From positions 4,914 through 28,913 of the forward strand of contig JBDTCO010000093.1 of NCBI GenBank assembly GCA_039923495.1: a DNA stretch of 24,000 bases, in the 5' to 3' direction. Source of the stretch: Polyangia bacterium. Its GTDB lineage: Bacteria; Myxococcota_A; Polyangia; Palsa-1104. The number at the start of each line of letters is the position of its first letter. Within the stretch, counting starts at the first letter, position 1. The notes below the pieces were generated by a model. That model had not been told where the DNA came from, did no database searches, and saw only the letters and a list, made by a program, of their open reading frames with translations. The translations under genes and the position numbers were made by a program. Below are positions 1 through 9,388 of this stretch, in pieces.

Positions 1-1
1 T

Positions 2-235
2 GCGGCCGGCCTCCACGAGGAAGCCGCGCGCCTGCGTCGCCTCGCGGTCGCCGATCTGCGCACACTCGGGGATCGCCAGTCCACGGCCGAGCAGCTGCTC
101 GTGCTCGCCGCGGAAGATCCGGGCCTCGAGTCCGATCGGCGCGCGATGCTCGCGGAGGCCGAGCTGCTCTCCGGGCAGGTCTCCTGGACCGACGGTGCCC
201 AGCAGTCTCGGGATCGCGCCGCCAAGATCGCGTGA
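2..235 (+). CDS. 3' end of an unidentified CDS entering from upstream of the window (last ~77 aa, helical Ala/Leu/Glu/Arg-rich)
   Basis: Frame 2 is open from the window edge to TGA at 233-235. Third codon positions are nearly all G/C, as in the confirmed genes. Translation: ...AAGLHEEAARLRRLAVADLRTLGDRQSTAEQLLVLAAEDPGLESDRRAMLAEAELLSGQVSWTDGAQQSRDRAAKIA*. It is absent from the ORF track because no start codon lies inside the window. No family recognised. Confidence 0.4.
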   Translation, partial: AAGLHEEAARLRRLAVADLRTLGDRQSTAEQLLVLAAEDPGLESDRRAMLAEAELLSGQVSWTDGAQQSRDRAAKIA

Positions 236-248
236 TACTCTTTTCCGC

Positions 249-2084
<1,836 letters not shown>

Positions 2085-2200
2085 CACGCGGCAATTTGCG
2101 ACATGATCGGGCGCGCAAGCAGCCGGGATTACTCCCTGCGAACGGCGTGCGAGTTGCTCAGTAGGTCGTTGCGTATCCCCAACCCACGCGAGGCCACACC

Positions 2201-2446
2201 ATGAGCAAGTCGATGGACACGAAGAAGACGATCAAGATCCCCGCGGTGAAGATCCCGCCCCAGGCGCTGCGCAACGAAGGCGAAGGCAGCTACGAGGGCG
2301 CGCGCGCCTACGACAGCGACGTGCGCGACTTCGTGAAGTCGGGCAGCGTCGAGGCGGCCGCGAAGGACGCGGAGAAGGCGCTGGACGGCAAGGAAGGCGC
2401 GGACCTGAAGAAGGCCGAGCAGGCCGGCAAGCGCGGCAAGGCGTAG
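2201..2446 (+). CDS. Small charged hypothetical protein (81 aa, Lys/Glu/Ala-rich, NEGEGSYEGARAYD motif)
   Basis: ATG at 2201 with GAGG about 9 nt upstream. G/C-rich third positions throughout. No signal peptide. I do not recognise a named family. Confidence 0.7.
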   Translation: MSKSMDTKKTIKIPAVKIPPQALRNEGEGSYEGARAYDSDVRDFVKSGSVEAAAKDAEKALDGKEGADLKKAEQAGKRGKA

Positions 2447-2516
2447 CTCGCGCTCGTTCTGCCCTGGCCCCGTGTAGCGAGAAGGTCGGCGACGACCTCG
2501 CGTATCTTCTCTCTGC

Positions 2517-3185
2517 ATGGGGCAGCTTCTCTTCTACGCATTCTTCTACGGTCGGGAGCTCCTGTTCGAGCACCCGCTCCTCCTGAGCGCGCTCATCGCG
2601 CTGTACCTGCTGCGCCATCGCTTCCCGTCGCCGGTGATGTATCTCCGCACGGCGAGGCACGTTGCTCGCTTGCAGCGCGAGGTCTCTGCGAACCCCGACA
2701 ACGTGACGGCTCGCCGCGCGCTGGCGCAGGTATGGCTGAAGCGACGTCGTCCGAAGAAGGCGGAGCAGCTCCTCGTCGAGGCGCGCCGTCGCGATCCGGA
2801 CATGCCGGAGCTGTCGTACCTGCTCGCCCAGGCCAAGCTCGCGCGCGGCGATGCGAACGCCGCGATTGACCTGTGCATCGACGCAGCGACGCGCGACCCC
2901 AAGCTGCGGTTCGGTGACGTGTACCGTGTCGCGGCGGTGGCGCTCCTGGAAACGAACCGCCTGCCGGAGGCCGAGGACGCGCTGCTCCGCCTGCTGAAGA
3001 TCAACTCGTCCTCTGTGGAAGGCTGGACGCGACTCGCGAGCGTGCGTCGCAAGCAGGGCGACATGGCGGGTGCGAAGGCCGCGCTGGATGGTGCGGTGGA
3101 GGCGTTCCAGCACAGTCCGCACTTCCGCAAGCGGGCCGAGCTGGGCTGGTACCTGCGCGCACGCCTGGGTGTGCTGCTGAGCTGA
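2517..3185 (+). CDS. TPR-repeat protein with a hydrophobic N-terminal segment
   Basis: The N-terminus LLFYAFFYGRELLFEHPLLLSALIALYLL looks like a membrane segment. It is followed by TPR-like helical repeats (ARRALAQVWLKRRRPKKAEQLLVEARRRDP, LLAQAKLARGDANAAIDLCIDAATRDP, GWTRLASVRRKQGDMAGAKAALDGAVE). Codon bias is coding-like. Confidence 0.75.
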   Translation: MGQLLFYAFFYGRELLFEHPLLLSALIALYLLRHRFPSPVMYLRTARHVARLQREVSANPDNVTARRALAQVWLKRRRPKKAEQLLVEARRRDPDMPELSYLLAQAKLARGDANAAIDLCIDAATRDPKLRFGDVYRVAAVALLETNRLPEAEDALLRLLKINSSSVEGWTRLASVRRKQGDMAGAKAALDGAVEAFQHSPHFRKRAELGWYLRARLGVLLS

Positions 3186-4277
3186 CTACTCGTTGCCGAC
3201 GGCGCCCTGCAGCTCGCTGAAGAGCTGGTCGGCGTAGGGCCGATACGCGGACTGCGGCGCGCGATCGAGGTACTGCTGGGTATGCGACAGCGCCTCCGAG
3301 AAGTGCGCGAGGCGTTGCTCGCAGACAGCCTGGTCGAAGAGGAACTGCGGATCGCTGCCGATTCGGTAGGCCTCGCGGAAGGCCGTGAGCGCCGCGTCGA
3401 ACTGAGCCGCCTGCCAGGCCTTCACGCCACCCTCGGCGAGCGCCTTCACGTTGCTCGGGAGGTCGCGCGCTGGCGGAATCGGGCCGAGCGCGTAGCCGCT
3501 GTGCTTCGGCGCGGCGGGCTGCGGTGGAGGCGCATACTGCGGCTGCGGCTGCGGAGCCGGTGCTGCGCCTCCCTGCGACCACGCGAGCGTGGCCTGGTTG
3601 ATCGCATCTTCGCAGAGCTGCTCCATGCCCCAGCCTGGCTTCGGCTGGTTGTAGAGCTCGCCACGCGCCGACGTGATCTGCAGGCGGTTGGGGCCCTGAC
3701 CGAGCACGAGCATCACGCGGAACGACGCCGACGGGTTGATGACGACGCCACGACGCTGCGCGACGCGGAGGCAGCGGTCCTGCTTGCCAGCGTTGGCTGC
3801 GGGGCCCGTGACGTCGAGCGCGAGGACCGGCGCGCCGCCCTGCGGGGCCACGTACTGCTGCGGCTGCGCGTACTGCGGCTGCGCGTACTGCGGCTGCGGC
3901 GCGACGGCCGGCTGACCTTCGGCACCGTACGCACGCTCGGCGAACTGCATCGCGTCCTCGCAGAGCTGCTGCATGCCCCAGCCGGGGCGCGGCGTATCCA
4001 CGATCTGGCCGCGACGCGCCGACGTGACGATGAGGCGGTTGTAGCCGGACATCAGCTGCAACGTCACCTGCACGGGCGCGGGCGCGCCGTACGACAGGCC
4101 AAAGCCGTGCGCGCGTGCGACGTCCTCGCAGCGACGAACCTTGCCCGCGTTGCTCGCAGGCCCCGTGACCGCGAGCGCGATCGTCTGGCCGGGTGCCGCA
4201 GAGGCACGGCCGCCGACAGGCAGCGACGACAAGATCAGGAAGAGGCTCGGACCCCACACACCCAGTGATGGCTTCAT
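3186..4277 (-). CDS. Secreted protein with two tandem copies of an unknown ~85-aa 2-Cys domain, Pro/Gln-rich linkers and a TPR-like C-terminal tail
   Basis: The likely start is MKPSLGVWGPSLFLILSSLPVGGRASA (signal peptide) at 4277; the track start is 4316. Domain A is (A)LAVTGPASNAGKVRRCEDVA...NRLIVTSARRGQIVDTPRPGWGMQQLCEDAMQFA. Domain B is (A)LDVTGPAANAGKQDRCLRVA...NRLQITSARGELYNQPKPGWGMEQLCEDAINQA. The linkers read QPQYAQPQYAQPQQY and APAPQPQPQYAPPPQP. No named family recognised. Confidence 0.75.
   Translation of the reverse strand: MKPSLGVWGPSLFLILSSLPVGGRASAAPGQTIALAVTGPASNAGKVRRCEDVARAHGFGLSYGAPAPVQVTLQLMSGYNRLIVTSARRGQIVDTPRPGWGMQQLCEDAMQFAERAYGAEGQPAVAPQPQYAQPQYAQPQQYVAPQGGAPVLALDVTGPAANAGKQDRCLRVAQRRGVVINPSASFRVMLVLGQGPNRLQITSARGELYNQPKPGWGMEQLCEDAINQATLAWSQGGAAPAPQPQPQYAPPPQPAAPKHSGYALGPIPPARDLPSNVKALAEGGVKAWQAAQFDAALTAFREAYRIGSDPQFLFDQAVCEQRLAHFSEALSHTQQYLDRAPQSAYRPYADQLFSELQGAVGNE
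3850..3897. repeat. Short in-frame 15-bp tandem repeat (gcgtactgcggctgc, about 3 copies) encoding the QPQYA linker
   Basis: Read directly on the plus strand: cgtactgctgcggctgc gcgtactgcggctgc gcgtactgcggctgc. It lies inside the CDS 3186..4277. Confidence 0.8.
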
Positions 4278-4376
4278 GGCCGGCATGATAGCCCGAGGAC
4301 GTCGTGCTCGAAACACCCTGTGCTCGGGGTGCAGGTGAGCAAGCGCACGCGACGTGACGTACGCTGCGACCTTCGT

Positions 4377-5000
4377 ATGCGCCTCGTGCTCTGGATGGTG
4401 ACGCTCTGGATGCTGCCGCTCTCGATGCTGCTATCGGGTGGCTGCGCCCACCACGACGCCGTGCTTCGCAACCCGCTCGCGCGGCACCCGATGGTGCCGA
4501 CCACCCTCGCGCGCGCACACCGTAAAGCCGAGCGCACGCATGGCCTTTCGTCGGGGACACTCACGGACTGGGTGTCGCTCGGGAAGCTCGATGCAAGCGA
4601 GGCGTGCTTCGACGTCGTGCTGCGTGCGTTGCGGCCGCTCGACCTTCGCGTGGTGCACGCGACGCTCGAGGTGCCCGAGCAACCGTCGCTCGATCAGGCG
4701 TCGCTGTGGCCGCAGGAGCCGACGCACACGGAGCGTCGCGGGCTCGTGCTGACGACCGTGGAGCACGGTTTCTCGTCGGAGTGCGCCAAGCACGACCCCG
4801 CGGGGATCTGCCTCACCTACACGCAAAAGCCAACGTACCGCACCATCGCCCGACCTGGCACCGTGTCGATCTACGAGGCCCTCGGTCGCATGTGCTTTCC
4901 GAACGCCTCGTCGATCACGGCGACGACGCGCGAGCTGCGTCTCGCGCTCGCGCTCCCGGGCGAGGCGGCCGAGCAGTATCGCTTCAGGCTCGCTCCCTGA
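4377..5000 (+). CDS. Putative lipoprotein, unknown function
   Basis: MRLVLWMVTLWMLPLSMLLSGGC is a signal sequence with a lipobox-like Cys. I chose the start at ATG 4377 (track start 4320). Coding-like codon bias. moaC follows after 12 nt. No family recognised. Confidence 0.6.
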   Translation: MRLVLWMVTLWMLPLSMLLSGGCAHHDAVLRNPLARHPMVPTTLARAHRKAERTHGLSSGTLTDWVSLGKLDASEACFDVVLRALRPLDLRVVHATLEVPEQPSLDQASLWPQEPTHTERRGLVLTTVEHGFSSECAKHDPAGICLTYTQKPTYRTIARPGTVSIYEALGRMCFPNASSITATTRELRLALALPGEAAEQYRFRLAP

Positions 5001-5012
5001 TAGAGAAGGCTG

Positions 5013-5492
5013 ATGCCGCTCTCGCACACCGGTCCCGATGGAGCACCGCACATGGTGGACGTGGGGGACAAGCCCGAGACCCAGCGCGAGGCCACCGCCG
5101 AGGCGTTCGTCGTGTGCGCACCATCAACGCTGGTGGAGATCGCGGCGAACCGCGGCCCCAAGGGCGACGCGCTCGCGGTCGCGCGCCTCGCCGCGCTGCA
5201 GGCACCGAAGCGCACGCCGGAGCTCGTGCCGCTGTGTCACCCGCTGCGCATCTCGTCGGTGGAGGTGGACCTCGAGCTCGTGCAGCCCGACCGCGTACGT
5301 GTGTGGGCGCGCGTGCGTGCGGTCGAGCGCACCGGCGTCGAGATGGAGGCACTCACCGCCGTGCTCGTCGGCGCGCTCACGTTGTACGACATGGTGAAGG
5401 CCATCGACCGCGGCGCGACGATCACGGAGGCGCGCGTGCTCACGAAGCAAGGTGGCAAGACCGGCACCTGGGTGCGACAGCCCGCGCCTTGA
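5013..5492 (+). CDS. moaC: Cyclic pyranopterin monophosphate synthase accessory protein MoaC
   Basis: GAGAAGG SD upstream of ATG 5013. MoaC hallmarks: HMVDVGDK, LVPLCHPL, GVEMEALTAV, LTLYDMVKAIDR. Length of 159 aa fits the family. Confidence 0.94.
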   Translation: MPLSHTGPDGAPHMVDVGDKPETQREATAEAFVVCAPSTLVEIAANRGPKGDALAVARLAALQAPKRTPELVPLCHPLRISSVEVDLELVQPDRVRVWARVRAVERTGVEMEALTAVLVGALTLYDMVKAIDRGATITEARVLTKQGGKTGTWVRQPAP

Positions 5493-5501
5493 CCGGGCTG
5501 C

Positions 5502-6095
5502 TTACTTCTCGTGGAGCTGCGCGAGGAGCTCGGCAAGCTCGGCCGCCCGCGTGTGCGTGCGCTCCCAGTTGTCGTCTGCGATTTGCTCGGACAGCCCGCG
5601 CTCCGGTCTGTCCTTGATCGCCTCCCACGACTCCGAGGTCCCGTCGAAGAAGAACTTCCCGCCCGGTGCTCGCTTCCTCACGGCATCGAGCGCGGTGAAG
5701 CGCACGAGCTGCAGCGTCGGATCCGGCGAGCGACGAAAGAGCCCCACGAGGCGTGACGGCGTGTCGGTGTGGTAGGTGGTCGTGGGATGGAACGGCGCGA
5801 TCGCGAACGCGTCGGGCGCGAGCTTGCGACACTCGTCGGTGAAGCGCTCGAAGGCGCGCGCGTCACCCGAGAAGTCGGGCAGGATGACGAGCACGATCTG
5901 CGCGGCGTGGTGCTCGTAGCGACTCGCGACCACAGCAACCTCCGCGGGAGGCGGCGAATCCAGCAGCACCTCGCGGCCGAGCTGTCCCGACAGCCGCGTC
6001 GCGCGCGCGTACGGACAGAGCGACCAGCCCTCGACGATCTCGACGAGGAAGCGATCGTTGCGCGCCAGTGCGTCGGCAACGCGTGGGTCCGACAT
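5502..6095 (-). CDS. DUF1415-like hypothetical protein
   Basis: The start MSDPRVADAL at 6095 lies 2 nt after the stop of the upstream cNMP-binding gene; the 252-aa track ORF extends into that gene. Motifs WSLCPYA ... VLVILPDF ... APFHP ... SPDPTLQLVR resemble my recollection of DUF1415 (xLCPFA ... FHP). The family call is unverified. Confidence 0.65.
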   Translation of the reverse strand: MSDPRVADALARNDRFLVEIVEGWSLCPYARATRLSGQLGREVLLDSPPPAEVAVVASRYEHHAAQIVLVILPDFSGDARAFERFTDECRKLAPDAFAIAPFHPTTTYHTDTPSRLVGLFRRSPDPTLQLVRFTALDAVRKRAPGGKFFFDGTSESWEAIKDRPERGLSEQIADDNWERTHTRAAELAELLAQLHEK

Positions 6096-6097
6096 CG

Positions 6098-6592
6098 CTA
6101 GAACTTGTTGGACACGGACAGGAACGTCATCTTCTCGTTCGTGTCGCGCAGTCGACCGGAGAGCGTGCGGACGAAGTTCCACAGCAGCTCGTACGCGAGG
6201 TCGCGGTCGACGAAGAGCAGATCCTCGAGCGCTTCCTTGCGGATGACGAAGAGGCGGCACTTCTCGTGGACCAGCGCGTGTGCCGAGCGCGGGACATCGT
6301 CGATGAGCGCCATCTCACCGAAGTAGGCGCCGGGCCGCAGGATCGCGATGGCCTCTTCACCCATGCCGGGGACCATGCGCGAGATGCGGACCGCACCGTC
6401 GAGGATGAGGAAGAACTTGTCGCCCTTGTCGCCCTCTTGAAAGATGGTGCCCCCACCGAGATGCGTCTCCTCGTTGCCGATGTCGGCGATGCGACGGAGA
6501 TACGCGGCGGGGAGGCCGGCGAAGAACTTCACCTGCGCGAGGTGCTCGACTGCCTCGCGGCCAGTCGTGCTCGACGTCGCCTCTTCGCTCAT
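6098..6592 (-). CDS. Stand-alone cyclic-nucleotide-binding (CAP-effector) domain protein, no output domain
   Basis: CNB-domain signature: FFAGLP..., GTIFQEGDKGDKFFLILDGAVRI, GAYFGEMALIDDVPRSAHALV (the FGE...RSA phosphate-binding cassette). At 164 aa there is no HTH or other output module. Confidence 0.88.
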   Translation of the reverse strand: MSEEATSSTTGREAVEHLAQVKFFAGLPAAYLRRIADIGNEETHLGGGTIFQEGDKGDKFFLILDGAVRISRMVPGMGEEAIAILRPGAYFGEMALIDDVPRSAHALVHEKCRLFVIRKEALEDLLFVDRDLAYELLWNFVRTLSGRLRDTNEKMTFLSVSNKF

Positions 6593-6616
6593 GGGTGTGT
6601 TCTAGCCCGAACCGAC

Positions 6617-7576
6617 CTAGTGCGAAAGAAAGCGCTCGGCGTCGATGGCTGCCATGCAGCCCGAGCCCGCGGCCGAGACCGCCTGGCGATAGACGCTGTC
6701 GGCGACGTCGCCGGCGGCGAACACGCCCGGGATCTTGGTGGCCGTGATGGCGCTCTTGTTCATCGGCAGCACCAGGTAGCCGGCGTCGTCCATGTCGAGC
6801 TGGCCGGCGAACAGGTCGGTGTTGGGCTGGTGGCCGATGGCGACGAAGACCCCTTTGACGGGGACGTCCGTGACCGTGTTCGTCTTGAAGTTGCGGACCT
6901 TCGCATGCGTCACGCCCACCTTGCCCGGCTCGCCCGCGATCTCGTCGAGCGCCGACGAGAGCATCCATTCGATCTTCGGGTTGTTGCGTGCGCGCTCCTG
7001 CATGACAGCGGAGGCACGGAGCTCGTCGCGACGGTGCACGACGATGACCTTGTCGGCGTGCTTCGTGAGGTACGTGGCCTCCTCCATCGCGGTGTCACCG
7101 CCACCGATGACCATGACCGTCTGGTTCTTGAAGAAGAACCCATCGCACGTCGCGCATGCCGAGACGCCGTAGCCCTTCAGCCGATCTTCGCCGGGCGTGC
7201 CGAGCCACTTCGCCACGGCGCCGGTCGCGATGATGAGCGCATCGCAGGTGACGGTCGCGTCCTCGATGCCCGAGACCTTCAACGTGAACGGACGCTTCGA
7301 CAGATCGACCGACTCGACGTCCCCGATGAGGAAGCGCGTGCCGAAGCGCTCGGCCTGTGCGCGGAACTCGCCCATGAGCTCGGGGCCCATGATGCCCTTC
7401 GGGAAGCCGGGGTAGTTCTCGACCTCCGTCGTGTTGACGAGCTGCCCTCCGGGCGGACCGCCCTTGGCGAGCCCCTCAACGACGAGCGGCGGGATCGCCG
7501 CGCGCGCCGCGTAGATGGCCGCTGTGAGCCCCGCAGGACCTGAACCGATGATGACGAGACGCTCATGCTGAATCAT
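6617..7576 (-). CDS. trxB: Thioredoxin-disulfide reductase
   Basis: FAD site VIIGSGPAG, redox-active CATCDG, NADPH site VIGGGDTAMEEA plus HRRDELRA, and C-terminal GVFAAGDV. Confidence 0.95.
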   Translation of the reverse strand: MIQHERLVIIGSGPAGLTAAIYAARAAIPPLVVEGLAKGGPPGGQLVNTTEVENYPGFPKGIMGPELMGEFRAQAERFGTRFLIGDVESVDLSKRPFTLKVSGIEDATVTCDALIIATGAVAKWLGTPGEDRLKGYGVSACATCDGFFFKNQTVMVIGGGDTAMEEATYLTKHADKVIVVHRRDELRASAVMQERARNNPKIEWMLSSALDEIAGEPGKVGVTHAKVRNFKTNTVTDVPVKGVFVAIGHQPNTDLFAGQLDMDDAGYLVLPMNKSAITATKIPGVFAAGDVADSVYRQAVSAAGSGCMAAIDAERFLSH

Positions 7577-7658
7577 GGAGCCGGAATATAGCCGTTCGGT
7601 ACGCCCGTCGCTATCGTCGGTGTCTGCATAAAGAGCGATGTTGCGAGGCTACTTCTTC

Positions 7659-7692
7659 AAAAAAGGGCGCCGCCGAAGCGACGCCCTCTTTT
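7659..7692 (-). terminator. Rho-independent terminator downstream of atpE
   Basis: The minus strand reads GAGGGCGTCGC-TTCG-GCGGCGCCC followed by TTTTTTGAA. This is a GC-rich hairpin plus U-tract 17 nt after the atpE stop. An A-tract lies on the other side, so it may be bidirectional. Confidence 0.65.
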
Positions 7693-7708
7693 TCGATGAA
7701 TCCGTCTT

Positions 7709-8050
7709 CTAGTGGATCTTGCCGTTGAGGATGAAGAACGTGACGAGCGCGTAGATGACGAGCGACTCGATGAGGGCGAGACCGATGATCATCGGGGTGA
7801 AGATCTTGTCGGCTGCCGACGGGTTGCGCGCGATGCCATCGAGCGCGGCCGCTGCGGCCTTGCCCTGACCGAGCGCGCCACCGAAGGCGGCGATGGCGAC
7901 GCCGAGGGCGCCCGCCACTGCGATCCACTTGTCGCGCTCCGCGTACTGGATGCCAACGCTAGCGGCGTCCTGCGCGAAAGCCGCGCCCGCCACGAGCATC
8001 GTGACGAAAAATGCACTCATACCAGCGACTGCCTTACCAACCGTCTTCAT
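7709..8050 (-). CDS. atpE: F0F1 ATP synthase subunit c, with an N-terminal signal-like extension
   Basis: Strong SD (AGGAGGAG) before ATG 8050. The core hairpin is GALGQGKAAAAALDGIARNPS ... PMIIGLALIESLVIYALV, with loop R-N-P and the carboxylate E in helix 2. About 35 extra N-terminal residues read MKTVGKAVAGMSAFFVTMLVAGAAFAQDAAS. The 246-aa track ORF is an over-extension. Confidence 0.92.
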   Translation of the reverse strand: MKTVGKAVAGMSAFFVTMLVAGAAFAQDAASVGIQYAERDKWIAVAGALGVAIAAFGGALGQGKAAAAALDGIARNPSAADKIFTPMIIGLALIESLVIYALVTFFILNGKIH

Positions 8051-8124
8051 TTCACTCCTCCTAGATAGAGCTTTGAAAAACTTGATGAGAACTTGATGGA
8101 GAACTTCGTAATCGAGAAGACCGC

Positions 8125-8961
8125 TCAGCGGACCGCGCCCGCCACGCTCGGGTCCATGTGAAGGTGATCGTCGTTCTCGTGACCGTGCTCGTCGTCGCCG
8201 TGGTCGTGCGCGACGGCGCCCTGGATATAGACCATCGTGAGCAGGGAGAACACCAGTGTCTGCACGACCGCCACCAGCACACCGAGGATGAGGAACGGCA
8301 CCGGGACGAGCAGCGGAATGAGCGCGAAGAACGCGCCGACGACCTTGTGATCCGCCGACATGTTGCCCGCGAGGCGGATCGACAGCGAGACGGGGCGCGC
8401 GATGTGGCTGATGAGCTCGATGGGCAGCATCAGCGGCGCAAGCCACCACACGGGCCCGAGAAAGTGCTTGAAGTACGCGAGGCCACTCTCCTTCACGCCG
8501 TAGACGTGCGTGAGCACGAAGACGAGGAGCGCGAGCGCGGCGTTGGTCTTGAGGACGGCCGTCGGTGGTGCGAAGCCCGGCAGGAGCGCGAGGCAGTTCG
8601 CGAAGAAGATGAAGCAGGCGAAGGTGCCGATGAGCGGCAGGAAGCGCTTGGCGTTCTGCTCGCCCATGACCCCCTCCGCGGTGCCGTACACCGCGTCGGC
8701 GAACATCTCGAAGAGCAGGCGCAGCGAGAACGTGCGCGGCGGGACGATGGCGTCTTCACCACCCTTCTTCATCGCCGCGGCAAACGCGAGCCCACCAATG
8801 GTGACGAAGAGGAGGACGAGCAGCGCGCCGAGCACGTGGGTGATCGAGTAGTGCGTGGGGAACGCGTCGACCATGGCCGTCCGGCCGAGGTACTGCTGAG
8901 AGAACAGCTTGAGGTTGTGCACGCCCGGCAACAGGTCGAGCAGTGTGGTTTCTTCACCCAT
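8125..8961 (-). CDS. atpB: F0F1 ATP synthase subunit a
   Basis: Polytopic membrane protein with the subunit-a signature LSIRLAGNMSADHKV (essential Arg) and C-terminal helices LVFSLLTMVYI. It is followed by a His/Asp-rich tail. Confidence 0.94.
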   Translation of the reverse strand: MGEETTLLDLLPGVHNLKLFSQQYLGRTAMVDAFPTHYSITHVLGALLVLLFVTIGGLAFAAAMKKGGEDAIVPPRTFSLRLLFEMFADAVYGTAEGVMGEQNAKRFLPLIGTFACFIFFANCLALLPGFAPPTAVLKTNAALALLVFVLTHVYGVKESGLAYFKHFLGPVWWLAPLMLPIELISHIARPVSLSIRLAGNMSADHKVVGAFFALIPLLVPVPFLILGVLVAVVQTLVFSLLTMVYIQGAVAHDHGDDEHGHENDDHLHMDPSVAGAVR

Positions 8962-9385
8962 TGAGATCCTCGGATGGGGCGTCGCCGAGGGGCGCGACCC
9001 AGGTGAGCGCGACCGCGACAGCCGCGAGCGGGAACGCGGAGAGGCCGACGACGAGGCCGATGCCGTTCACATGGAGGTACGTGACGACGAGATAGACGGC
9101 GGCGACGAGGCCCACCATCTTCAGGTTGAACAGGAGGAGCGGACGCATCACGCGCACGTTGGATCCGGCGCCACGATACGCGGCCCACAGGCGCTCACCG
9201 ACGCGACGCATCGCGAACGCGTTGAGGCTGACGAGCGCGGCACCGATGGAGACGGACAGGCCGGCCTGACGACCGAAGCAGAACGCGACGAGCGACAGCA
9301 CGGCGCCGATGCCGAGCGTCCAGCGCTCGAGCGAGTGGAGCCGCGGCTCGTCGAGCATGTCTTTCACGGGGACGATGTCAGACAT
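8954..9385 (-). CDS. atpI: ATP synthase protein I (AtpI-like small membrane protein)
   Basis: 143-aa protein with four hydrophobic segments, located immediately upstream of atpB. Its stop overlaps the atpB start by 8 nt (ATGGGTGA). Position and topology are typical of AtpI. The sequence family itself is weakly conserved. Confidence 0.7.
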   Translation of the reverse strand: MSDIVPVKDMLDEPRLHSLERWTLGIGAVLSLVAFCFGRQAGLSVSIGAALVSLNAFAMRRVGERLWAAYRGAGSNVRVMRPLLLFNLKMVGLVAAVYLVVTYLHVNGIGLVVGLSAFPLAAVAVALTWVAPLGDAPSEDLNG

Positions 9386-9388
9386 GCG

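Noticed and set aside
195-248. An 18-codon N-terminal extension of glmS, as given in the ORF track
   Set aside because: GlmS needs its catalytic Cys at the mature N-terminus (Met-Cys...). ATG 249 gives MCGIVGY. The upstream stretch instead overlaps the 3' end of the preceding partial CDS.
236-248. A glmS ribozyme upstream of glmS
   Set aside because: Only 13 nt separate the preceding stop codon from the glmS start, which leaves no room for the roughly 170-nt ribozyme.
5001-5012. A molybdenum-cofactor riboswitch upstream of moaC
   Set aside because: The intergenic gap is 12 nt and contains only an SD. moaC appears to be co-transcribed with the preceding lipoprotein gene.
5493-5501. Missing terminators at tightly convergent gene ends: moaC/DUF1415-like with a 9-nt gap, the pair at 3185/3186 with a 0-nt gap, and dnaB/tdk with a 22-nt gap
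   Set aside because: This is an observed fact, but tight convergent packing is common in compact GC-rich genomes, where termination is often Rho-dependent or lies within the opposing gene. It is not evidence of a special mechanism.
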